64,000 nucleotides of DNA. Source: Lama glama. Lineage: Eukaryota. Shown here in pieces: positions 1 through 12,788 of the stretch. The DNA lies in NCBI GenBank assembly GCA_028534125.1, contig CM052816.1:39434001-39498000 (forward strand), read 5' to 3'. Made by a program: the position numbers and the translations under genes. The notes under the pieces are model-generated. The model was given only the letters and a program-made list of their open reading frames with translations, was not told the origin of the DNA and made no database searches. Position 1 is the first letter of the stretch, and each line of letters opens with the position of its first letter.

Positions 1-410
1 TATTCTTGCCTCCTTTGTCGTAGGTTAATTGACCATGTAAATTTAGGTTCGTTTTTGAGCTTTTTATTCTGTTTCGTTGATCTATATGTCTCTTTTTGTG
101 CCCAGTACCATACTGTTTAGATTACTGTAGCTTCGTGGTATACTTGAAATCAGGGAACATGATACTTCCAATTTTGTTCTTTCTCAAGGTTGGTGAGCAT
201 AGTGTATCTTTCCATTTTGTTCATCAATGTGTTACAGTTTTCTGAGTACAGGTCTTTTACCTCCTTGGTTAGGTTTATTCCTGGGTATTTTATTCTTTTT
301 GATGTGATTATAAATGGCATTGTTTTCCTCATTCCTCTCTCATAGTTCATTGTTAGAATACAGAAACAGATTCTATATATTAATTTTGTGTTCTGCAACT
401 TTACTGCGAA
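1..410 (-). mobile_element. LINE-1 ORF2 3' region fragment (decayed, runs off the window start)
   Basis: The minus-strand translation contains IKYPGINLTKEVKDLYSEN, typical of L1 ORF2 downstream of the RT domain. There is an apparent internal deletion near 194. Confidence 0.9.
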
Positions 411-879
411 GAATGTTAAATGCTCAGTTAAAACATTTGATTTACTATAAAGAATTTATCAGTTTAATTCCTTTTAAGGAATCAAGTGAATATTTTGGGG
501 TTAATTGCTACTAAATGGTGAGCAAGTGAAATGTGTGTTTCTAGTTTAACATCAGATTTATTTAAGGACAAAGCAGTTTTACTTTAACAATTTTTGACAG
601 TAGCCTTTTAAAAACCTGTTATGCATTGAAAAAGTGAATTGCATTATTTGAGAATGTTAAGCATTTCCCAGAAGAACTGAGCACAAAGCCATTTATCTAC
701 AATTTCATCTCCAATTATTCATAAAACAGATTTTTAATATATGACAGTGTTCTTGGGTAGGTCCAGATATAGTGTCCTATTTCAAGATTAAGCTAGAATT
801 TTTAAAGTGGCATTTAGTCCTCAACCATTAAGTTATTGACAATAAGGCCACCATTTCTTCACCAATTTGATAACTATCA

Positions 880-1320
880 AATCAGCAGGCATTTCCTGAG
901 TTCTCATTATGTGCTTAGGCTTATGATAGTCACTTTGGTGTATTAGAAGACATGGTTATGGTTCCTGTATTCCAACAAAACAGTATTTTGGAGAAAAATA
1001 TGTGTAATTCAGAAAGTCCATTAATTTAACTTAATTGTTAAATTGTTTGAAATTGACAGTTCAAAATGAGTTTAGAGAATGAATAATGGAGAAAAGCTTT
1101 CATGGCTGGAATTGTCAAAAGTTTTGATTCAGGAGGGGGAGGACATGTGCTGGATCTGTCTTAAAGTCTGCCTGAGATCACAGAAGAGAAGAAAGGAAAT
1201 TATTCAGGGCAAGGATTCAGTGTGTATTGAGGCTGGGATAAGAGAAATGATCTTGGAAACCTTTAGGCTGGTACTTGGAGGTAGGGGCGCTGAATGGTCT
1301 GTATTATGGAACAGAGAGTC
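880..1320 (-). mobile_element. Ancient LINE-2 fragment
   Basis: Degenerate match to the antisense L2 3' end (atttcctgagttctcattatgtgcttaggc ... gacatggttatggttcctg ... aggaaattattcagggcaagg). Confidence 0.5.
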
Positions 1321-2004
1321 ACTCCAAGACTTTATTTTGCTTCCCAGGCTGAAAACTACTCAGAGGAGACATGTGTGGACTTACTGATCATTTCTGACAC
1401 ATAGCAGATCAGTCTCACCCAACATGTTGCCTAAAACAGTGACCTGGCTGGTTGACGGGTGATGGGTAAATCAGTTGGGTAATTTAATTTCATATATTCA
1501 AATAGAATAGGACATATCAGTGAATAAAATTTTGTAATCCCAGATGCACAGATTCTCTATCTCATCTCTAATCATATCAAATAGCCCCCCGCCTTTTTCT
1601 GTTTAACTTGTGATCTTAAAAATGGAGTATTAAAGCAATGTCATTGGGTATAATTTTGCATTTTAGTGTAAGAATTATAAGAAATGGTACTGGTTTCCAT
1701 GAACCTTGTATGCAGATTATTGGTAAATAATTTGTAAAATGTTGAACAGATCCTGGCCCTTGTGAGAGAATTGTGTTGCTTTGGTGGGTCACGTGGGGTC
1801 AGAGAGCCTGTGTATTTCACTGTCTCCAGAGCGCTGCAACCATCTGTTAACCATAGGTGTCTGGGCAGACTGAACATTAGCCACGAGATAACAAATATAC
1901 CTATACAAATACAATTTAGGTTTGAAAAATAACACACATCTGGCTTAGACTCACATGGATTCCTTTCCTGGTTTCTTACACAAAGTGTCTGTGGACAGAA
2001 TGAA

Positions 2005-2290
2005 AGAGAAAGCAGGAGGGGAGAGGGAGGGGGGAGGAGGTCCGGCTGCCCGCGGAACGGGACGCTCGAGTGCTTCATGGAGGAGGAAAGATTAAAACCC
2101 AGCTTCCTCGTGGGTGACAAGGGGTGAAGACTGCCGCCTCACCCGCTGCTCTGTGTTGTTTGGGGGCTGATAACAGACAGAATAAAGCCAACGTGCAGCC
2201 TGTGCTCCGAGTCGCTCACAGAGCCGAGTGTGACTAAACGGCACAGGGAGCTCACAACGGAGCTGCACCACTTGGAGCTGGTTTTCTGTT
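2005..2290. promoter_or_regulatory. Short CpG-enriched, G-rich unique segment; candidate enhancer or promoter
   Basis: About 15 CpGs in 2041-2260 against a CpG-depleted background, a GGA/GGG tract at 2015-2040, and flanking CACGTG boxes at 1790 and 2375. Confidence 0.35.
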
Positions 2291-2747
2291 ACTTTTCTTT
2301 CAATCTCAGCTATCAGCTAAGCAAATCTTAGCCCATGTGAATCAACCCACTGAACATTCAGGAGTCAGGGTGGACACGTGGGCTTGTGTTGCTTAATCTT
2401 AGCCATAATTTGCATCTTCTCACCAGAGGAGACAGAAAAATATTCCACGCTCTTCTAGAGGCCTCATGTGCGTTAGCAGAATTGGCATTAGACATTAATC
2501 ACATATTCCTGGTATTGCCATTTGATTCTGTGCAAAATCACATAGGGGATTCTGTTTTAAAACCACGATTCATGTATAAAATCCATGTAATTGATACAAT
2601 ATGTTTCAGGCATTCAAATGAGGTAGTTCTCTTTATATTGGCATGCAGTATTTTTTGAGAATTATTAAGTAACCAAAGGAACAGAACAGAGCTCATAGTA
2701 AGGAATGTTTGTATGGTTAAGTGATAGATAACACACATATATATTAT

Positions 2748-3006
2748 CTGCTGACCTGAAATAGACTGCCATATCTTTCTCTAGCAAAGATGGATTTATT
2801 CAGGATCAGCAGGGAATTGCAGTTTAAGGTCTGCAGCCATGGAGAGGCACACACAAGTGCCTGCATGGCAAGGGAAGACAGATTTTAAGCTTTTAGAGAA
2901 AGGAAAAGAAGTTGGGAGGGCTATTGTGAAAAGAGAGCCCATGGCTTTTCATTGGCTGAGTCATTGCCAGGAAAGAAGAGGAGTCTGGCTGCTTCTTGTT
3001 GGGCTC
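2748..3006 (-). mobile_element. Truncated ERV LTR fragment (family not assigned)
   Basis: Starts with tg (CA terminus on the minus strand). Carries an antisense poly(A) signal (gatttattc, about 2793) and an antisense CCAAT box (cattggctg, about 2950). Confidence 0.5.
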
Positions 3007-3007
3007 A

Positions 3008-5238
3008 ATTTTTCTACAGATTGAAGATTTGTGGTAGTAATGCGTCGAGCATGTCTATTGGTGCTATTTTTCCAACAGCATTTGTTCACTCCCCGTCTGT
3101 CACTTTCTGGTAATTCTCATGTATTTCAAATTTTTTCATTATTATATTTTTTATGGTGATGTGTGATCTGTGAGCTTTGATGTTACTATTGTAACTGTTC
3201 TGAGGCACCTTGATCTGTGCCTGTATAAGACAGCAAACTTGATGATAAATGTGTGTGTTCTGATGGCTTCACCAGCCAGTTGTTCCCCGTCTCTCTCCTT
3301 CCCATCGGGCCTCCCAATCCTCTGAAACAACAGTATTGAATTAGGCCAGTAAATAATCCTGCGGTGGCCTCCAATGTTCAAGTAAAAGGAAGAGTTGCAT
3401 GCCTCACTTTAAATCAAAAGCTAGAAATGATTAAGCTGAGTGAGGAAGGCGTGGCAAAAGCTGAGGTAGGCTGAAAGCTAGGCATGTTGTGCCAAACAGG
3501 TAACCTTGTTGTGAATACAAAGGAAAAGATCTTGAAAGAAATCATCAGTGAACACAAGATAAGAGAGCAAAACAGCCTTATTGCTGAGATAGAGAAAGCT
3601 CTAGTGGTCTGGGTAGAAGATTAAACCAGCTACAACATTCCTTTAAGCCAAAGCCTAGTCCAGAGCAAGTACCTAATTCTCTGCAAGAAGTCTGAAGCTA
3701 TGGGTTCGTGAAGGAAAGAAGCCATCTCCATAACATCAAAGTGCAAGGTGAAGCAGCAGGATGTAGCTGTGATCGTTAATGAAGGGGGCTGCAGTAAACA
3801 GCAGATTTCAGTGTAGACTAAGGAGCTTTATTATGGGAGAAGATGACATCTAGGATGTTCACACCTAGAGAGGTCAGGACTGGCTTCCAAGCTCCACAGG
3901 ACAGGCTGACTCTCTTATTAGGGGCTAATGCAGCTGGTGACTTGAAGGTGGAGCCAGTGCTCATTGACGGTTCCAAAAATCCTGGGGCCCTTTAGAGTTA
4001 CACTAAATCTACTTTGCCTGTGCTCTCTAAATGGAACAGCAGAGCCTGGGTGACAGCACATCTGTTTACAAGGTAGTTTACTGAATATTTTAAGCCCAGT
4101 GTTGAATCCTACTGCTTAGGAAAAAAAAAATAGTCTTTTCAAAGTAATACTGCCCATTGACCTCTGGTCACCCAAGAGCATGGTTGGAGATGTACAATGA
4201 GATTCATGTTTTCATGCTGCTGACACCATGACCATGCTGCAGTCCATGGATCCAGGAATAATTTCAACTTTCTAGTCTTATGACTTAAGGACTACATTTT
4301 GTAAGGCTTTAGCTGACATAGTGATTCCTCTAATGGTTCTTGGAAAAGTCAATTGAAAACCTTCTGGAAATTATTTGCCATTTTAGATGCCGTTAAGAAC
4401 ATTCATGATTCATGGAAGGAGGTCAAACTAATAGCATTAATAGGAGTTTGGAAAAAGTTGTTTCCAACTCTCATGTATAATTTGGAGGGTTCAAGACTTC
4501 AGTGGAGGAAGTAACTGCAGATGTGGTGGAAATAGCAAGAGAACTAAACTTAAAAGTGGAGCCTGAAGATGAGACTGAATTGCTACAGCCTCATGATAAA
4601 ACTTGAATGGGTTAGGAGTTACTTGTTATTGATAAGCAAAGAAAGTGTTTGCTTGAGAAAGACTCTACTCTTGGTGAAGATGAGGAGAAGGTTGAAATGA
4701 CAGAAGGGATTTAGAACATTCCATTAACTTAATTGATAGAAGCAGAGGCAGGTTTTGAGAGGAGAGACCCCAGTTTCTGAAAGAACTTCTGCTGTCAGTA
4801 AAGTGTATGCTACACAGCATACAGCATGGCATGCTACAGAGAAGTTTGTGAAAGGAAGAGTCAGTCAGTGTAGCAGTCTTCAATGTCTTATTTCAAGAAA
4901 TTGCCACAGCCAACCCCAGCCTTCAGCACCCAGCACCCTGATTGGTCAGCAGACATTGACAAGGAGGCTAGACCTTCCACCAGCAAAGAGACTACAGCTC
5001 AGTGAAGGCTCAGATGATGGTTAACATTTTTTAGCAGTTAAGTATTTTTAAGATTAAGGTATATAGACTTTTTAAGACATAGTTTTATTGCATACTTAAT
5101 ACACTACAGCATAATGTAAACATAAATTTTATATGATCTTTTTGGGTAACCAAAAAATTCACATGACTCACTTTATTGTCATATTTGCTTGTTGTAGTGG
5201 TCTGAAACTGGACCCACAATATCTCCGGGGTAGGCCTG
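3008..5238 (+). mobile_element. Tigger1 (TcMar-pogo) DNA transposon, near full length, with decayed transposase
   Basis: Colinear with the Tigger1 consensus as I recall it (ctcactttaaatcaaaagctagaaatgattaagct, LTLNQKLEMIKLSEEG). The right TIR ...atctccggggtaggcctg ends at 5238 and is followed by TA. The left TIR is missing, and the ORF has stops and deletions. Confidence 0.95.
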
Positions 5239-7213
5239 TAATAGGTTAAATATTTCATGATCATTGACTACCAGTTGATACCAGCAAAAGTCTCTATCTT
5301 TGGGTCTTTACTCAAATGTCTGCTTCACAGAGAATTCCCTGAATGTTGTGCTAAAATTGTACCTCCTACCTGGACTCCAGCCATCACACGTGTCCTGTGC
5401 TCTCTGTTCTCTCCCGACCTCAACACATGACCAAGAGGAAAGTTTAAACTCTGTGTAGTCTAAGTCACTCTTGGACTTCAGAGCTTTTAGTGGATGAAAG
5501 CAACAAAGCAGTAAGTTGATTCTTTACTCCCTGTCATCCCTAATCATAGCTTTTCTTCAGAACGCCAGGGTTTTCATTTCTCTGGATAATTATGCTCCTT
5601 CTGCCTTCACCTACTATCATGCGCTCCCTTAATATTATTTCCTGTATTTACTCATGCTTTTTAGTTGTCAAAAATACACGAAGCTCTTTTCTTTTCAAGC
5701 AAGTTAATCCTAACCTCAAACTACTATTTTCTTCGTTTCTTTAAAGAATTTGCTAATATTTTTAAAATAGTATAAAATAAATTCTTGCTCTTGGTTAAAA
5801 ACAAAAGTGGAATTTACCAAGAACAAAAACTAATGAAATATCTAGTTTGAAGACCCCTTAAAAGCCACTAATAAATTATTATTTTGTTTATTCAAAAATA
5901 TTGAGCATCGGCTATGACAGGCACTATTTCAGGCTCACGTGGATACACGTATCTCTGTTTATCTATATGAGCCTTAAAATTAGTTCTAAAATTTCATTTT
6001 ATTTCATGATCTCTATTGGAGTAGGGCACAAAGGACAAACATTTTTTTCCTTTTTCTGCCACTGCTCATTTAAGATGGCTCTATAGGCTAGGAGTTTCTT
6101 ACTTTCAGGCCATCTGTATGAAAACATTCATATGAAGACATTGTTAAATATATCATTGGAGGACAGGATTATGTTTTCATAAGTTGTGTTTGTCTCTCCT
6201 TGTAAATACAAAACTAAAGGTTTTTTAGTGAAGATAATTTTTTACATTAATAATAGAATTTTGGTTTCCTTTTACCAGTGAGGACACATATAATTATCAT
6301 ATATAATAAAGAATACAAAACAAAGAATAATCACAATAGATACTTTGACAGAAAGAAACAGCACAAAATTAGTATATATTTACTTGCAGTAAAGACCCCT
6401 AACTGGAATTTAATATTATAGATGAAGGTACATGTTATTAAACATTTATCTACCAACAAAATATATGCTCTGAGCCAGCCTCTGGCTACTTCTAAAAGAT
6501 AATTAAACTTTCAGGATTATCTATTCATAGCTCCCTAAGCAAATACCAAGCAATACCTTTATTTCTGCTATAACCTCCATTAATTGTTACCATACAGGCT
6601 TAATGATTAGGAGCACTGACTGTCAAAATGTCAAAATAGTACATTAAAAATACCAGTGTAATATAGGTTTTAATTTATTCCATTTTTAATCTAGTTTGAT
6701 GTGCACGAGGATGAGATTTTAGTTGTTTTTTTTTTTTAAATATAATGTATTAGAGGTTCTTAGTAAAGTAAAATATGACTTTTTAGGGTAATGTCAATGT
6801 TTACAAGAAAATCAAAGCAAACCAGTGAGAACATTAAAAAAAATCTCTGATTTAATGGACAGTAATTTGTCTTATTTAATAGAGATGTAAAATGCTTCTA
6901 ACAGTGCATTAAGGCAATGGAAATAAATTGGGGCTATATTATTATGGAATAATTACATAATCTTACTAATAAGATTAATTTGAAGAAACTAGCTGATGTA
7001 ACATTGGATTTTCAGACATTAATATGGTGACTTTGGGGAGAGTATTCCAAAGGTGGGAATAGAAGAGGTGTTTCTATTACTAAGCTTAGAAAAATGTTTG
7101 TCATTTTCCTCTTGTAATTCATTACATTAAAATTGAGAGCTTTGGTTTCTTTGTATGTCTCCACCTACCTCCTCCCTCTGCTCCCTGTGCCTGCCGTGTG
7201 CTGGAACCTCGGG

Positions 7214-7402
7214 CTTCCTTCCCTCCTCCTTTCTTTCCTTCCCTCCCTCCCTCTCTCCCTCCTTCCTTCTTTCCTTCTTTCCCTCCCTCCTTCCTTCTTT
7301 CCTTCCCTCCTTCCTTCCTTCCTTTCCTCCCTCTTTCCCTCCCTCCCTCCTTACTTCTTTCCTTCCTTCCCTCCCTCCTTCCTCCCTCCCCTCCCTCCTT
7401 CT
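7214..7402 (+). repeat. (CCTT/CCCT)n low-complexity polypyrimidine tract
   Basis: 189 nt with a single purine (A at 7353). Confidence 0.95.
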
Positions 7403-8099
7403 GCACTGACGCAGCGGTAACCTCGCTGCTGCTGCTGCACTTGCTGTATCTCCCAAATAGCAGGGAGACTTTTCTCCCTCAGTGTAAGAGCTGAAAATCA
7501 TTCCATTTAATTTAAGGCATCACACATCCATGAAATGCTTTTAAAAATCTGATATTAGTAAGGTAGATGTGAATGTTTAAATCAAATTAAACCTAAGGAA
7601 TTTTTTTTCTTACCTCACTAAGATGTTGGTATAATTGCAGCATGTTGGTGGTTTATGATTTCTTAAGTGGAAATATGAATTCCTCTACTAAGGATTAGCA
7701 TTAGAGATTAACTATTGAAGCTATTTTAACGTAGTTAGAAGTCTTACGAGTGTTGCATTGATACAGTTAAGTTTGGAAAAGACATAGCATACTTTAAAAA
7801 TGTAATAGAATGTGTTCAACAAATGTTATTTGTAAATCTTCATCTTTTTTTAATACTAAAAATTAAGTGATAGGTTGACCAATAGCACTATTAAAAGCTG
7901 AAAATAGAAGTTTATATATGATATTTTTGACATTATTCTTGGGAAACTCTTGGGAACCATTCTCTTATTACTTACATCTTTCTTGTAAAATAAGTACCCT
8001 TATTTCCTTGTTTACATTTGAAATGCAGTTTACATTTGAAGATGGTATGTAGGCAAATCTAACTAGAAGGAACAATAATTGATCACCGTTTTGTTTTAG

Positions 8100-8157
8100 A
8101 AGAGGAACAGCCCGGATGTCCAGCTCCTTGACTCACTGTACTGTACACGCCCTTTTG
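8100..8157 (+). other. Candidate small internal exon (gene unidentified)
   Basis: Acceptor ttttgttttag| and donor ttg|gtaagt in unique sequence. One frame reads KRNSPDVQLLDSLYCTRPF. Confidence 0.3.
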
Positions 8158-9162
8158 GTAAGTTGTCGGTGTTTGAAACATTGCCCTTTTCATTGTGAGA
8201 GGCAGCGCAGAACTACTCTTGTCTTCAGGTGGCCTCTCAGGTCCCCAGGTCAGCTGCTGCAGCCCAGCGCGGTCCTCGGTCCGGTCACCCTGGATGGAAA
8301 ACATCTTTGGGGTGCCCTCCTGTTTGTGGATCGGGACACTTCAGCCTGCAGTTACTTTGCTAGCTTGTGAAAATTGGGCCTTGGAAAATGGCTGGTTGTA
8401 TTGTGAGGTCTTTTTATTACTGATTCTAATCTTAATTTTTCATGTTAACCAAGGCAGGTGATATGCCCGCCTTTTCTACTGCCTTTCTGGACCATCTCTG
8501 TCCCTCAGTGTCCAGGTGGAATGTCAACCCTCACATAAAGCTTCCCCCCACTCTCAGCTACAAATAATGAGTCTCTTATTTCAACACCCAGTGAAATAAC
8601 TCTTCTGTCCTCTCTGATGACTTTTTCCACTTTCTGCTGTCATTTTTTATGTGAGATCAATGCTTCTGAAAGGAATGAGGCGTGAATGGTTGTCAGAAAC
8701 TATTCTAAATATGCATGTTCAGGTCTTGTCTCCAGAGGTTATATCAGAATTTAGGGTAGGCTGGAAAAGGGCATGCATATTTTGGCAAAATTTTCCTCAT
8801 AATTTGCATCTACTGTTCCCTTTTTCAACCTTTCATCCCAGTCTGCCCATCTTTAACACAGACTTCATTATAGGGGTCTTCTCCTGCCTTCCCTCATCTT
8901 CTTTATGTTGTCCCACACTCTGTACATTCTACCTGGGACATCATCTTTGGACGGTTTTTGAATGACTGAATAAATAAACATTCAAGAAACAGTGAAAACT
9001 GAGTGGCTGGTCTTGAAGTCATATGCCCATACCCCTGAGTATCTTGAGTTTTCTAAATCTGATTTTCTGATTCACTGTTTATTAACACAGCCTTCGATGA
9101 CTTTGGATCTTGACTGTGATACCAGTGACAGCCTCAGCTGTGTTGCCTGTCTCTGACTCTTT

Positions 9163-9404
9163 TTGGGGCTTTTTTTTTAGCTTTTCATTTTGTATTTTTA
9201 AATTTTTTTATTGAAGTAGATACAGTGTTTACAATGCAAACCGTTTACAGTGCAGCAGTTTGCAATGTTTTGTCAACTTCTGGTGTACAGCATAATGTTC
9301 ATACATGTACATACATATATTCATTTTCATATTGTTTTTCATTATAGGTTACTGCAAGATACTGAATATAGCTCCCTGTGCTATACAGTGTAAACTTGTT
9401 TATA
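9163..9404 (-). mobile_element. Short 5'-truncated L1 3' end with TSD
   Basis: Reverse complement of the L1 3' end at 54880-55040, with a T-rich tail. TSD is tctctgactcttt (9150-9162) / tctttgactcttt (9405-9417). Confidence 0.85.
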
Positions 9405-10198
9405 TCTTTGACTCTTTAAGTAGCAGCTTGAGTCCTCTGTTTCTCTGGCTTTATTTTCTGTTTATGGTGAGATGCTACCTCTAAAAAACTTTCTACAACT
9501 TTTGGGGTTTCCATGAGTTACTGTAAAGAACAATTTTGGGTGCTGTGTGGTAGATGTGGTAAGGAAGGAATTAGAAAAATCCCTGTAGTCCAGGTTCATT
9601 ATACTAGGAAAGACAGGGGCATGAAGAAGGTCCCATTCGCTCATGGGAAAGAAGGAAATAGATCAATTTTGCAGTGAAGTAAGTACGATAAAACAATGTC
9701 TTCATTCCTGAGAAAGACCATAAATATCCTTTCAGCAACATACCTGAAATTTAGTGGTATAGATTTGACGTATAATTTCTAACATCCTATGTTTAAAAGA
9801 GGTTTACTAATGTTCACACAGCTGCCTTATCAATGAGGTTTTAGGTGAAAGCTGTTGGTAAGTTAGGAACTGCATTTGCAAGGACTTCCCAGATTCTAAG
9901 TCTGCAGAGGTGGAATTTTTATCGGGTACTCTTAATGTTCATTACTGGCCTTTGTAAAAGAAAAAATGGTTTGTAAATGAAATACATTTATCTGCAATAT
10001 GCCTCTGTTCCACAAACATCAATACTCAGTGAACATGGATGAAAAAGCGGGTTTTTAAAATCTATAGTTTCCCTTGATTCTTTGTGCTTAAAACTAACTT
10101 TTGAAACCTGTGTATTCAACTTAAAAAATGTTCTTGGTTTGCTACTTAAACCAGGTTGTGAGTGACAGTCATAAGCTTATTAGGTGACAAAACAGTTC

Positions 10199-10786
10199 TG
10201 TTGCCAGAGAATAGGTTCTTGTGTCGCGAAAGAAAGAATTAAAAAGCGAGGCATAGTCAGGGGAAAGTAAGGGAGACACACACTCTGTAGACAGCGTAGT
10301 CCGCTTCATTCAGGAGATGCACATCCCATAGGCAGGATGCGGGCCATGCGGGCCATGCGGGCCATCTCTCAAGGCAAAAGGAAGAGAGGCCAAGAGGTAT
10401 GGGGTGTTTAGTTTAAAGTAAAAGTAGATACACACTCAGTAGAGTGCAGGCCGTCTCGGAGGCAAGAGAAAGCGACCACAGGGTGTGGGGTTGTTAGTTT
10501 TTGTGAGCTCAGTAATTTCATATGCTAATGAGTAGGAAGATGGTTCTAACTATGTTGGGGAAAGGCCGGGGATTTCCAGAAATTGCCACCCCCTGCCCAC
10601 CTACTTTTTAACCTTTTATAGTAAGCCTGGGAACTGTCGTGGTGCCTGTGGGCGGACCACCGGGCTCAAGGTCTACTGGAAGTGGAATCTTCCACCATCC
10701 TGGTTGTAAGGAGTTTGTCCTGTCCTCAGTTAGCTGTGTCGTCATTCCTTCAGTGATTGTGCTCTGCTCCCTTCCCTCCTGTATCA
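10199..10786 (-). mobile_element. MER41-like ERV1 solo LTR
   Basis: TG..CA ends. Both ends align in reverse complement with the LTR at 49870-50465. The TSD is not cleanly resolved. Confidence 0.85.
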
Positions 10787-11275
10787 CTGTGATGGAAGAG
10801 TTATTTTTTTGTGTTTTGCAAATAATGGAATAAATAAGAGGACAGTATAATGTACTTTGAATTTTTTGACCTACTTGTATTTCTTTACTCTTTGCCTCAT
10901 TTAAAAATGACTTTTTAAAAGAGGAGAAAAGTTCTGAATTTTTCCTTATTATAATCTACTTTTATCTCTGATCTCATGTGTTAATCAACATGTGTAAAAC
11001 ATTGTAAAGAGAAGATAGCTACTGGCTTTAAAGAGCCTGAAATGTATTACATATATTAAAATAACAATGTGTAATGATAAATGCAATTCATTTAAGAAAT
11101 TTATGGTTTTGGCCATTTCATCCTGGATTAACACACTGATAATGTCTGGTTGGACTGATAGACCTTTCCTCCATGTAATTGTTAAGTTTCAGTTTCAGTA
11201 TTAGTGCTTTCAGTATACAGAAGACCAGTTAAAACTAGCAAAGTTAAAATTAAACAATTGACTTTAAGACCATAG

Positions 11276-11809
11276 TGTTGTGGGACACAATGTGGTGGTC
11301 GGGTGGTAAAAATTTACCAAGAACTAAAGACCACAGGGATTTAAGAACAAAGGGGAGGTTTATTGGATATGCTGCTACAGGCGACAGTGGGCCACACAGG
11401 AGAGATGCCTGTGTGAGCCCCAAGGTGGTCCTGCACGGTCTTTTACTGGGGGGGGGGGAAGGGGCTGTGTACACAAGCAGTAGGGGGCTGCATGTTCAGT
11501 TCCTTCGTGCACAGGTACCTGGTTGGTTGTAAGATCTGTCAGGAACTTCTCTGAACAACAAGATATAAGACTCTTGATAAGGGCAGGATGTGAGGCCTGT
11601 CCACCTAGGGTGTTAATGAGATGGGCTATTTTGGGGGGGCGGTTTAGCTTTGTTAGGGTAAACACACATCAAGAGATGCTTTTATCCTGTAGAAATGCAG
11701 ATGTGTGAAGCATCCTGCAGTGGGCAGTGAGGTTAAGGTGTCAATAGGCTCCAGGCACACAGAGAGTCCTGGGGTGGGGGTCTTAGGACTCCAGAGAGCC
11801 AGCTCCACA
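11276..11809 (-). mobile_element. ERV solo LTR (family not assigned)
   Basis: tg..ca ends, flanks catag/cagag (4 of 5 match, probable TSD), and an antisense poly(A) signal tttatt at about 11358. Confidence 0.7.
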
Positions 11810-11814
11810 CAGAG

Positions 11815-12290
11815 ATTACGTTGTAGGAAACAGGAACTACTCTAGATCTTTTAAATAGAAACAGATTTAATATAGAGGGAATTCAGGTCTTACGAGATGA
11901 TTGAAGGGCCTAGAGGCGTAGTTGTGGATTACTAGGCATGTCTTTTTGAACTAGATCACTGAACTGGTGCTCAGGGGGAAATGCTGCCCCTGGTAAGGTG
12001 GAGAATCAGGTGGTTGCCATGGCAACTGTTAGGTCCAAGAACACCCTGTCCTAGTTTCACTCTAGCGGGGGGGGGGGTCCAACTTCCATCTCTGCCTCTT
12101 CTACCGCATCTGCCCCTTGAAACTCGTAATGTCAGCAAATGGACGACTATATGCCATTGCAGACAACCTTACTGCCTCCATAATGTCACCTAGGAGCAGC
12201 AAGATCCAAAGCAGAGAGACATTCTCTGCTTCATTTCTACCTAATAACTGTAGCTGCAAGGGAGTGTGGACAGTTGTTTTTAGCCTTACA
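11815..12290. mobile_element. Ancient ERVL-MaLR (MLT1-like) LTR remnant
   Basis: ggaaacaggaactactctag...gatttaatatagagggaatt at the start and tagctgcaagggagtgtggac near the end resemble old MLT1 LTRs. Confidence 0.5.
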
Positions 12291-12569
12291 GATTCTGAAG
12301 TACAGGAAAGCACTCTAAAGGAAATTGAAATAGATGTCGATGCCTTATTTATGCACTAAATTCATGTTTGCCTGTTTCTACTAACATTTTAATATGTGAT
12401 AATCTCAGAAAGAACATAGTAATCAGATTAAACTGTTATTCGGATGCAGTGTGAATGCCTTGAGGGCAGTGATTTCATGTTACTTGTTTGTGGAGCCCCA
12501 GAACTTCCAACAGGACTTGGCAGTGTAAGAGCAAATAGATGTTAAAAATAAGAGGAATAAGGAGGGAAG

Positions 12570-12788
12570 AGACTTCTCCCCGCTCCCTTTACTCTTAAAG
12601 CATTTACTTGAAAACCTGTACATTCTTTCTCTGTATCTTTGAAGTGTAAATACATCTTTTCAAAAGCAAAATAAGCCTCTCCTCAGCTTCACGGCCCCCA
12701 AATGGCTTTCTCAAGGATCTAAGAGCCGTCTCTTTGGAATGCAAACATTCAAGGAAAAGAGCCCCCCATTTGGCAGTGTCTGTGGGAT
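12570..12788 (+). mobile_element. MER34/MER39-like ERV1 LTR fragment
   Basis: Contains ctttctcaaggatctaagagccgtctctttggaatgcaaacattcaagg, a motif I recall from this LTR group. Confidence 0.5.

Noticed and set aside
1641..2120. 159-aa minus-strand ORF
   Set aside because: It has a non-ATG start, no recognisable domain, and includes a low-complexity Pro/Leu run from the G-tract.
3364..5024. Tigger1 transposase as a domesticated TIGD-like gene
   Set aside because: The start is mutated to GTG, and there are in-frame stops and deletions with no long ORF.
7122..7501. Five overlapping ORFs rich in E/G/R/K or S/F/L/P
   Set aside because: They are translations of the (CCTT)n tract, which has no stop codons.
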